Source: Escherichia coli O127:H6 str. E2348/69
GTDB lineage: Bacteria > Pseudomonadota > Gammaproteobacteria > Enterobacterales > Enterobacteriaceae
Length of the DNA stretch: 64,000 nt
NCBI RefSeq assembly: GCF_000026545.1
Contig: NC_011601.1
Strand: one strand, 5' to 3'
The notes below the pieces were generated by a model. The model did no database searches. It was not told the DNA's origin and saw nothing but the letters and a program-made list of their open reading frames with translations. This document shows positions 9,250 to 17,881 of this stretch, in pieces (the stretch's first letter is position 1; every line of letters begins with the position of its first letter). The position numbers and the translations under genes are program-made.

Positions 9250-12200
9250 TTACACCTTTTCCACATTCACAAGGAAGGACTTAAACTCCGGCGTCTGCGT
9301 GTTCGCATCACCGACGAATGGCGTCAACGTATTGGCAATAAAGCCTTTTTTCGCAACACCTTCATAGCCCCAGTGAATCGGAATACCGATGGTATCGATA
9401 TCTTTGCCGTTTGCTTTCAGCGTGCGAATACGTTTGGTCACTACCGCTTTGGCTTTGATATAGCCACGGTTGGAGGAGACTTTCACAGTATCGCCCTGGG
9501 CAATGCCAAGTTTATTCGCCAGCGACTCCCCGATTTCCACAAACTGCTCTGGTTGCAAAATCGCATTCAACAGCGCGTGTTTGGTCCAGTAGTGGAAGTG
9601 CTCGGTCAGACGATAGGTGGTTCCGACATACGGGAACTTATCGGCTTTACCCAATGCTTCGGCGTCGTCTTTAAAGATACGCGCAGCCGGGTTCGAGATA
9701 ACGTTTGGATGCAGCGGGTTAGTTCCCAGCGGCGTTTCAAACGGCTCGTAGTGTTCCGGGAACGGACCTTCCGCCATCTTATCGAGGGCAAACAGACGTC
9801 CCATGCCTTCCTGCTGCATGATAAACGGCCCTACGCCGCTGCCCGGAGGCGCTGCGCTGTAGTCCGGAATATCCCAGCCGGTCCACTTAGTGCCGTCCCA
9901 TTTCAGCAACTGACGCTTCGGATCCCATGGGTTACCCTGCGGATCTGCGGAGGCGCGGTTATACAGAATGCGGCGGTTTAGCGGCCATGCCCATGCCCAG
10001 CCCAGCGTGTTACCGAGGCCAGACGGATCGGCGTTATCACGACGCGCCATCTGGTTGCCTTCCGGCGTCCAGCTACCGGCGAAAATCCAGCAGCCACAGG
10101 AGGTTGTACCGTCATCGCGCAGTTGGGCGAACGAGCTAAGTTGTTGGCCTTTCTTGACGATAACCGCACCGGTTGCCGGGTCGGTAATATCGGCCAGCGC
10201 TTTGCCGTTGCTCTCCATTGCCACTTCTTCTGAAGATGGCTCATGCGGAATGGCGTAGTTCCAGGTCATGTTCAGCACCTGGTCCGGGTTCGCGCCACCC
10301 TGTTCGGCATACATCTTGCGCAAGCGCAGGAAGATACCGGAGAGGATCTCGCCATCAGTCAGCGCAATCCCCGGGGCGTCCGCACCTTTCCAGTGCCACT
10401 GTAACCAGCGACCTGAGTTAACGATAGAACCGTTCTCTTCCGCGAAGCAGGTCGATGGTAGACGGAACACTTCGGTCTGGATCTTCGACGAGTCAACTTC
10501 GTTCAGCTCACCGTGGTTCTGCCAGAAGTTAGAGGTTTCAGTGTTCAGCGGGTCGATAGTCACGAGGAATTTCAGCTTCGACAGACAGCCGATCACTTTG
10601 TTTTTGTTCGGGAATGAGGCAACAGGGTTAAAGCCCTGGCAGATATAGCCATTGACCTTGCCTTCTTTCATCATCTCGAAGTATTGCAGGACGTCGTAGC
10701 CTTTATCCCACTTCGGCAACCAGTCAAAGCCCCAGCTATTTTCCGCCGTCGCTTTATCACCAAAGAAGGCCTTCATCATAGAGACGAAGAATTTCGGGTA
10801 GTTGCCCCAGTAGTTTACCTGGCCTTCCAGCAGCGGTTTTGGCGTGTTGGCGGTAAGGTAGGTTTGCAGATCGGTCTGCTTCTCGCTTGGCAGCGTCATG
10901 TAACCTGGCAGGCTCTGCGACAGCAGCCCCAGGTCGGTCAGCCCCTGAATATTGGAGTGACCGCGCAGGGCGTTAACGCCGCCGCCAGCCATCCCCATAT
11001 TGCCGAGCAGCAACTGGATCATCGCCATCGTACGGATGTTCTGCGCACCGATGGAGTGTTGCGTCCAGCCGAGCGCGTAAAGGAACGAGGCAGTTTTATC
11101 GTGAGCACTGGTTTCGGCGATGTATTCGCAGACTTTCAGGAATGCGTCTTTTGGCGTACCACAGATGTTTTCAACCACATCTGGCGTGTAGCGGGAAACG
11201 TGCTGTTTCAGCAAGTTCCACACGCAACGTGGATGTTGCAGGGTAGTATCGCGTTTGGCGAAGCCGTTTTCGTCCAGTTCGTAAGTCCAGGTGGACTTAT
11301 CGTACTTGCGTTTTTCCGCGTCGTAGCCGGTGAACAGGCCATCTTCAAAGCCGTAATCCTCACGCACGATCAGGCTAGCGTTGGTATAGGCTTCGGTGTA
11401 TTCGCGGTTGAATTTTTCATTGTTCAGCAGGTACAGCAATACGCCTGACAGGAAAGCAATGTCAGTACCGGAACGGATAGGGGCATAGTAGTCAGCCACC
11501 GCCGCTGTACGTGTAAAGCGAGGATCGATCACAATCAGCTTCGCGCCGTTGTGAATTTTGGCTTCCATCGCCCAGCGGAACCCGACCGGGTGAGCTTCAG
11601 CGGCGTTACCGCCCATCACCACGACGAGGTTGGCATTCTTGATGTCGACCCAGTGGTTGGTCATCGCACCGCGACCAAATGTTGGAGCAAGACTTGCTAC
11701 CGTTGGTCCGTGTCAGACACGCGCCTGGTTGTCGACCGCGAGCATACCCAGCGCGCGGGAGAATTTTTGCGTTAAATAGCCGGTTTCGTTACTCGACGCG
11801 GAAGCACACAGCATCCCGGTGGAGAGCCAGCGGTTAACAGTCACGCCTTCGGCGTTTTGCGCAATGTAGTTCGCATCGCGGTCTTCTTTCATCAGTTTGG
11901 CGATGCGATCAAACGCCTCTTCCCAACTGATTTGCTGCCATTTATCAGAACCTGGCGCACGGTATTCCGGAAACTTCAGGCGGCTTTCGGAGTGGATGAA
12001 ATCCACCAGGCCAGCGCCTTTCGGACAAAGTGCTCCGCGGTTGACCGGGTGATCCGGGTCACCTTCGATATGGAAGATAGATGCTTTGGCGTTTTTTGCT
12101 CCGTCACCGAGGCTGTACATCAACAGCCCACAGCCTACGGAACAATAGGTGCAGGTATTACGGGTTTCGCGGGTGCGCAGCAGTTTATACTGCCGGGTTT

Positions 12201-12300
12201 CCGCGAGTGCTACGCTGGGTGCAAAACCCAGTGCCGCTGCCGTGGTGCCTGCCATACCGCCAGCGCAGATCTTAAAGAACTGCCTTCTGCTGACCTGCAT
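9250..12300 (-). CDS. fdoG: formate dehydrogenase-O major subunit, selenoprotein (in-frame UGA = Sec at 11713..11715)
   Basis: track ORFs 11713..12300 (195 aa, Tat signal SRRQFFK) and 9250..11664 (804 aa) are in one frame separated only by TGA; joined length is 1016 aa. Confidence 0.92.
11668..11712 (-). other. SECIS-like hairpin immediately 3' of the fdoG UGA
   Basis: mRNA reads UGA-CACGGACCAACGGUAGCAAGUCUUGCUCC..., a stem with an AGUC-type apical loop resembling the fdhF SECIS. Confidence 0.6.
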
Positions 12301-12493
12301 GGATTGCTCCTTGTTTCGACATTGTCACGTCCCATTTACATTCGCTTGCTGCGTGTGCAGGGAGTGGGAGTTATTTTTCTTTGCGGAAGGGGCCGCAAAG
12401 GTCCAGAATTGGCTCAATTTCCCTCCATCCAGGAAGGGTTTGTAACAGAATACCATAATGTTGGTGTGTGTGTTCTTATCTGGTTAATAGAAA

Positions 12494-13330
12494 GTGAAAA
12501 AAACACAGCAAAAAGAAATCGAGAATGTGACAAATATCACAGGTGTTCGTCAAATTGAGTTATGGCGGCGTGATGATTTACAACACCCACGGTTAGATGA
12601 GGTGGCGGAAGAAGTTCCCGTTGCGCTGGTCTACAACGGCATTTCGCATGTGGTGATGATGGCGTCGCCCAAAGACCTTGAGTACTTTGCGCTCGGTTTT
12701 TCGCTTTCCGAAGGAATTATCGAAAGCCCGCGCGATATCTTCGGCATGGATGTCGTTCCTTCCTGTAATGGCCTGGAAGTACAAATTGAGCTTTCCAGCC
12801 GCCGCTTTATGGGGTTGAAGGAACGCCGCCGGGCGCTGGCGGGACGTACGGGCTGTGGCGTATGCGGTGTAGAACAGCTTAACGATATCGGTAAACCGGT
12901 GCAGCCGCTGCCGTTCACCCAGACGTTTGATCTCAACAAACTGGATGATGCATTACGTCATCTCAATGATTTCCAGCCAGTGGGGCAACTGACTGGTTGT
13001 ACTCACGCCGCTGCATGGATGTTGCCATCTGGCGAACTGGTCGGCGGGCATGAAGACGTGGGTCGCCATGTGGCGCTGGACAAACTGTTAGGCCGCCGGT
13101 CACAAGAAGGGGAAAGCTGGCAGCAAGGTGCGGTGCTGGTTTCCAGCCGTGCCAGTTATGAAATGGTGCAAAAGTCGGCGATGTGCGGCGTAGAGATTTT
13201 GTTTGCGGTGTCTGCCGCGACCACACTTGCTGTAGAAGTGGCTGAGCGCTGTAATCTGACGCTGGTGGGCTTTTGTAAACCGGGTCGGGCAACGGTTTAT
13301 ACCCATCCGCAGCGTTTGGTTCATAATTAA
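12494..13330 (+). CDS. fdhD: formate dehydrogenase sulfurtransferase FdhD
   Basis: 278-aa ORF from a GTG start, divergent from fdoG. Confidence 0.9.
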   Translation: MKKTQQKEIENVTNITGVRQIELWRRDDLQHPRLDEVAEEVPVALVYNGISHVVMMASPKDLEYFALGFSLSEGIIESPRDIFGMDVVPSCNGLEVQIELSSRRFMGLKERRRALAGRTGCGVCGVEQLNDIGKPVQPLPFTQTFDLNKLDDALRHLNDFQPVGQLTGCTHAAAWMLPSGELVGGHEDVGRHVALDKLLGRRSQEGESWQQGAVLVSSRASYEMVQKSAMCGVEILFAVSAATTLAVEVAERCNLTLVGFCKPGRATVYTHPQRLVHN

Positions 13331-13337
13331 AGAAATA

Positions 13338-13373
13338 CCGCAATTCTGATTCTGGATTGCGGTTTTATTTTTC
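13338..13373 (+). terminator. rho-independent terminator after fdhD
   Basis: CCGCAAT...ATTGCGG stem followed by TTTTATTTTTC. Confidence 0.65.
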
Positions 13374-13640
13374 TATTAAATAATCCTCAATATATTATTC
13401 AGCATTTAAATAATAATTTCACCACAATAAATTATCTCGTTAATTCCGGTTTATATCGATATACTCCGGTCGCATTAATCCTTTAAGAATTAATCATTAT
13501 TTATATAAGACATTTTGTTTTAATCATCGCGTCAATAAATAAATGTTTCTGATGAGTGAATGCAAATAACAAACCTTGCACCGGTTGTAAAAACAGCAAT
13601 GTATTTTCAATAGTGGGTGATGGATTATGAGTATTGAAAA
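13374..13640 (+). promoter_or_regulatory. strongly AT-rich leader/promoter region upstream of the Hsp90-paralog cassette
   Basis: GC roughly 25-30 percent by eye; TTGCAC at 13576-13581 as a possible -35; no precise promoter assigned. Confidence 0.3.
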
Positions 13641-15476
13641 ATGAGTACATTACAGTTACCTGGCAGTTCATATTCTACTGAAGTTAATTTAAACGGCTTA
13701 ATTGAGGTGCTCAGTAAGCACCTTTACTCTACCCCCGTGGTCGCCGTGCGCGAGCTGGTGCAGAACGGACACGATGCGATCGTGCGCCGCAGGATTGAGC
13801 AGCCCGATGCGCCAAAGGATAACCAAATTCGTGTGGTGGCAGACGTGGCGAAGTCCACCATCACCATTACCGATACCGGTGCGGGTTTGACAGAAAGCGA
13901 AATTCACGGCTTCCTGGCAACAGTGGGCGTGGGTTATACCCGAATGTTGCGCCAGCAGGATGACAACACCGGTTTAATTGGTATGTTCGGCCTTGGTTTC
14001 TTGTCAGCATTTGTACTTGCAAAAGAGGTCACGGTGTTGACCACATCCTGGCAAACGCCGGATCAGAGCTGGAAATACCACTCTACCGACGGGCAAAAAT
14101 ATACCGTTACGCCGCATCAGTCCTCGGAAACGGGAACGCAGGTGATTCTGACGCTCAAAGAAGAGTACAGCCATCTGGCGAGTAACAATTTGCTGAACCG
14201 CGTTCTTTCCCGCTACTGTGTATTGCTGCACGAACCGGTCTATGTCGGCGATGCCAGCGAGCCGGTAAATAAACTTCAACCACCGTGGCGTGAAGTTGCC
14301 CCCGAAGGCGTAACCATACACCGCGCGCTGGTACAGCGTAAAAATCTCGCCTTTGCCGCCCAGTTTGAATCCTCCTTCGAACCGATTTGCACCATTCCGG
14401 TGGTGCCAGCGGGAATGAGCGACGCGGTTGGGATTTTATGGATTCAGGATGGCGCGACCTACGGCACCAGCGATAACCGCAACCTGTCGTTGTTTTTGCG
14501 CGGCATGTTACTGGATGATGAAGCGCGTGAGTTGTTACCGCCCTGGGCCGGATTTATTGGCGGCGTGATTGAGTCATCGAAACTGACGCCGACGGCGAGC
14601 AGGGAAGATCTCCAGCGGGATGCAACCTGGGTTGCGGTACAGGAGGCGTTAAAAGAGGCGCTGATTTCTGGTTTGTCCGATCTCGCACAAAATCAGCCAG
14701 AAATCTGGCGGCGGGTATTAATGCGCCACAACGAAGCGTTGCTGGGTGCGGCCTTGTGTGATGACCGTCTGTTTGATTTGCTCAAAGATCGCTTGCAGGT
14801 GCCAACGTCAAAAGGGGCGCTGCTGGCGAAGGATTTACGCGTTAATAACAGCATTCATATTCTGTTAAGCCGCGACGGCGGTTTTGAAGAGATGTTGTTC
14901 CATATTCTGCAACGGCCTGTAGCCCGTGGCGATCGCTATGCGGTGGTGCCATTTTTACGCCGTTGGGCGCTGTTATATCACTGCCGGATTGTCGAAGTCG
15001 GTACGCAAACGGGTAATGAGCAGTTGTTCAGCCTGGCAGAATTACCCAAAGAGCAGGTGGCTTATCTGGAAGAGCATCTCTGCGACGGCGAGCAATTAAT
15101 TATCTCACGCTTCGAACCCGCCGTTTTACCGTTAGTGGTTACACCAGACCGCGAAGCAGAATTAAAACAAATTCTCGAACAGGATGACGCAGATAAACGC
15201 ATCAGTACCGCAGCGTTAATGCTGGCGCGGCAATTTACCTCGCAAATCCAAAAATCTAAAACTTCAAGTCTGTATATCAACCTTAATAACCCCTGTGTCA
15301 TGCAACTGGTGACGGCCTTACAACACCATCAACAGCCAGCGGCAGCATTACGGTTATTAAAATCGCTGAAAGTGATTTTGTGCTCCAGCGGTAATAAAGA
15401 ACAGCAGTGGGATTTACACCAGGCACTGGAAGATTTTACTCAGGTTATTCCTGTCTTAATTAATCAAGGAAAATAA
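13641..15476 (+). CDS. divergent Hsp90/HtpG-family paralog (GHKL ATPase with Hsp90 middle domain)
   Basis: 611 aa; N-terminus aligns by eye to HtpG: YSTEV..LYS..VRELVQNGHDA (HtpG FQSEV..LYS..LRELISNASDA), ITDTGAGLTESE (ISDNGVGMTRDE), GLIGMFGLGFLSAF (QLIGQFGVGFYSAF); middle domain LFLRGMLLDDEARELLP...IESSKLTPTASREDLQ (LYVQRVFIMDDAEQFMP...IDSSDLPLNVSREILQ). Confidence 0.8.
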   Translation: MSTLQLPGSSYSTEVNLNGLIEVLSKHLYSTPVVAVRELVQNGHDAIVRRRIEQPDAPKDNQIRVVADVAKSTITITDTGAGLTESEIHGFLATVGVGYTRMLRQQDDNTGLIGMFGLGFLSAFVLAKEVTVLTTSWQTPDQSWKYHSTDGQKYTVTPHQSSETGTQVILTLKEEYSHLASNNLLNRVLSRYCVLLHEPVYVGDASEPVNKLQPPWREVAPEGVTIHRALVQRKNLAFAAQFESSFEPICTIPVVPAGMSDAVGILWIQDGATYGTSDNRNLSLFLRGMLLDDEARELLPPWAGFIGGVIESSKLTPTASREDLQRDATWVAVQEALKEALISGLSDLAQNQPEIWRRVLMRHNEALLGAALCDDRLFDLLKDRLQVPTSKGALLAKDLRVNNSIHILLSRDGGFEEMLFHILQRPVARGDRYAVVPFLRRWALLYHCRIVEVGTQTGNEQLFSLAELPKEQVAYLEEHLCDGEQLIISRFEPAVLPLVVTPDREAELKQILEQDDADKRISTAALMLARQFTSQIQKSKTSSLYINLNNPCVMQLVTALQHHQQPAAALRLLKSLKVILCSSGNKEQQWDLHQALEDFTQVIPVLINQGK

Positions 15477-15477
15477 A

Positions 15478-17784
15478 ATGGATACATGGGAGTGGTACAA
15501 CAAATATAGTCAAGAGTTGCGTGATGCCGGGCAAGAATATATTCCGCAGCTTATTGATGATTTTTCAGAAAGTGTTTTGCACCTACAAATAGAAAAATGT
15601 GATTCGCTATTGCCGGAAATGAAAGCACTGAATCAAGTCGCCAAAAATCCGTGGCTGGAAATATTTATTGGTCACTGGGAAATGCGTCATCGCCTGACTA
15701 ACTATGAAGAAGGTGAAAAGGTGCTGCCAGACGTGGTAGCGCTGTTTGAAAAAGCGCATCGGGAAGAGGCGAAAGATTGCCCGCAATCTATCTGCGTTAC
15801 CCAGGATTTATCAGCCTGCTACGAAAATATTGACGCACCAGGCTGGGCGAATGAACGCATGGCGGTGTGTGAAGAAACCATCGCGCGCATTGATCCGACC
15901 TGGAGCTGTTTTCAGTGTTTGTCCACTGAATATGCCAGCGCACTGATAGATTCCAAAAGAACAGAGGAGGCACTGGCTTATCTGGATCGGCAAATCGACG
16001 CAGTTAAAGCAGCCGGGAAAGATGATATTGATCCATTACTTTATACTCGCGCCGATATTCTGATTGAACTTCAGCGTTATGATGAAGCACGCAAATTGAT
16101 TGATGAGCTGACAGAAGCCAATGATTACTGGGGCCGCGACCGCATTAGTAATCACCTAAAAAAACTGTACATCATGGCGTTATGCGGGCAGGACGAAGAA
16201 GTCTGGGAGGAATTACCGCGTTGGTCCGATCTGACTCCGCATTCATGGGGGTCATGGCTGAAAATCATTACTGTGTTACTTCCCCGTCATCCACAAAGAA
16301 ACAACTGGCAACTGGCGCGCATCATCCAGAAAATGCTGGAGCAACGTTCACAGGCCGGGGCGCATCGAAAAGTGGTTAATCTGGCAAAACTACAAATCAC
16401 CCTGGCGCTGGAGCGTGAATCCGTCTGGGTTGCCAAAATAGCGATGAAACTGGCCCAGCGACACATGCCAAAATTACGCGCGTTACTGGGCGTCGATCGC
16501 GAGTTTCTCGAACTTAGCGAAAAAATCGCCACCAAAGAAGCAGAGTTGCTTGCTCGTCCGGTTGTAGAAGTACCTGAAAATAGCGACGAAGAAACGCAGC
16601 CAGATCCAGAAAAAGACGTCGAAATATTCCGCCGCGCTTATCTGAACACACCAGACGATGCAGAGTTACTGGGCAAACTGGTCAATGCGTTAAATGCCTG
16701 TAATGCGATTAATGAGTCAATTGAACTTCTGCAACGCTATGTTGAAAGCCACCTCCATGAAGATAATGGTCTTTGCTTCGATCTGTTGGATTTATTGCTC
16801 CACCGTGACGATCTGCAAACCATTGAGCACCTGGCGAAGCAGTATGAACAGGCGGGGCTGCTACATATGGCCTTGTGGTTCCGGGCGCGAGTGATCAACC
16901 AACAGGAAGACTGGAGTGAACTGGAGTCGATTGGACAACAGTTGCTGCAAAACGAAAAAGGGCGTGAGTGGGTTGGCGTTTATCGCATGTGCTCCTGGGC
17001 AGCACAAAAACAGGAAGCCTGGGATCGACAGCTGGATTATTTACAACAATTGCAGCAACTGATGATTAGCCGTGAAGAAGATATTCGTAATCTCCAGTGG
17101 GATATCATGGCGACCGCCAGCATCCTGCAACAATGGGATTTGGTTCGTGCTATTGCTGCTGAACTGGAAATCGAACTCACGGAAGGTGAAGGTTTTATTG
17201 ACGAAAAATGGGGGCTGCTAAACATTCGCTTCCGGGAAAATTATGAATACCGCTATTACTATGCTCAACGTATTGGGCCGGTAACCGCAAGGATCATTGA
17301 GCCAACTTACCGGACCGATTATCCGCAACATGTTGATGAGGTTGTGGTATTCGATGCAGAAATGTTGAATACCCGACCAGAGGATGAGGAAGAGCAGAAG
17401 AATTTCACTCCGCTTTATGGGTGCCTGAAAACCATTATCCCGACCGAATACGGCGAGTCCTGGTTCTGCGAAGGTGTCATGCCTGGTGAAGAAGAGTTTA
17501 ATACTTTCCGTGAGGCGCTCCGTGAACGAAACTGGTACTACTGGAGCAACAGTAATGACGACTATACGTTAACGGACAGTCATCAAGGAGAAGGCGCTGA
17601 GCCGCTGTCTGCATTCTATTTTGTTATCAGTGCGCCGCGTTCAGTTTCTAAAGGTGATATCGACAAGACCTTGCACGAATTGACCGCTGACTGGAAACAT
17701 CCGTTGTGCTGGTGGCGTCTTGCCAAAGAAGCCGGGGCGAATGAAGAGAAACATGCTGCTATTGCCGAGAGATATGGAATGTAA
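15478..17784 (+). CDS. 768-aa acidic, predicted all-helical repeat protein of unknown function, coupled to the Hsp90 paralog
   Basis: ATG one nucleotide after the upstream TAA; long uninterrupted ORF; TPR-like amphipathic segments; Trp/Tyr-rich C-terminal region; no catalytic motif I can name. Confidence 0.65.
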   Translation: MDTWEWYNKYSQELRDAGQEYIPQLIDDFSESVLHLQIEKCDSLLPEMKALNQVAKNPWLEIFIGHWEMRHRLTNYEEGEKVLPDVVALFEKAHREEAKDCPQSICVTQDLSACYENIDAPGWANERMAVCEETIARIDPTWSCFQCLSTEYASALIDSKRTEEALAYLDRQIDAVKAAGKDDIDPLLYTRADILIELQRYDEARKLIDELTEANDYWGRDRISNHLKKLYIMALCGQDEEVWEELPRWSDLTPHSWGSWLKIITVLLPRHPQRNNWQLARIIQKMLEQRSQAGAHRKVVNLAKLQITLALERESVWVAKIAMKLAQRHMPKLRALLGVDREFLELSEKIATKEAELLARPVVEVPENSDEETQPDPEKDVEIFRRAYLNTPDDAELLGKLVNALNACNAINESIELLQRYVESHLHEDNGLCFDLLDLLLHRDDLQTIEHLAKQYEQAGLLHMALWFRARVINQQEDWSELESIGQQLLQNEKGREWVGVYRMCSWAAQKQEAWDRQLDYLQQLQQLMISREEDIRNLQWDIMATASILQQWDLVRAIAAELEIELTEGEGFIDEKWGLLNIRFRENYEYRYYYAQRIGPVTARIIEPTYRTDYPQHVDEVVVFDAEMLNTRPEDEEEQKNFTPLYGCLKTIIPTEYGESWFCEGVMPGEEEFNTFREALRERNWYYWSNSNDDYTLTDSHQGEGAEPLSAFYFVISAPRSVSKGDIDKTLHELTADWKHPLCWWRLAKEAGANEEKHAAIAERYGM

Positions 17785-17881
17785 GCGGCACTAACGTTTG
17801 TCCGACTCTGGTGTAGCTGAACGGTGAAATCCCAGGTCGGACAACAAACCGTACTAACGGGGGGCCCAAAAATTGTGTCTC

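Noticed and set aside
9250-12300. Two separate ORFs (804 aa and 195 aa) that could be read as a disrupted fdoG pseudogene
   Set aside because: Same frame, separated only by a single TGA with a SECIS-like hairpin directly downstream; the joined product has the expected selenoprotein length, so it is intact fdoG.
11857-12558. 233-aa plus-strand ORF overlapping the fdoG 5' end and the fdoG-fdhD intergenic region
   Set aside because: Antisense to fdoG for most of its length; low-complexity translation; no start context.
13331-13640. Sigma32 heat-shock promoter in front of the Hsp90 paralog
   Set aside because: I looked for TTGAAA-N13-15-CCCCATNT and found no CCCCAT element, so nothing here links the cassette to the heat-shock regulon.
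13641-15476. Possibility that the 611-aa Hsp90-like ORF is simply the housekeeping htpG
   Set aside because: Housekeeping htpG maps to a different chromosomal neighbourhood (near adk), and this sequence is too divergent from the HtpG I recall outside the catalytic motifs; its genomic context and partner gene also differ.
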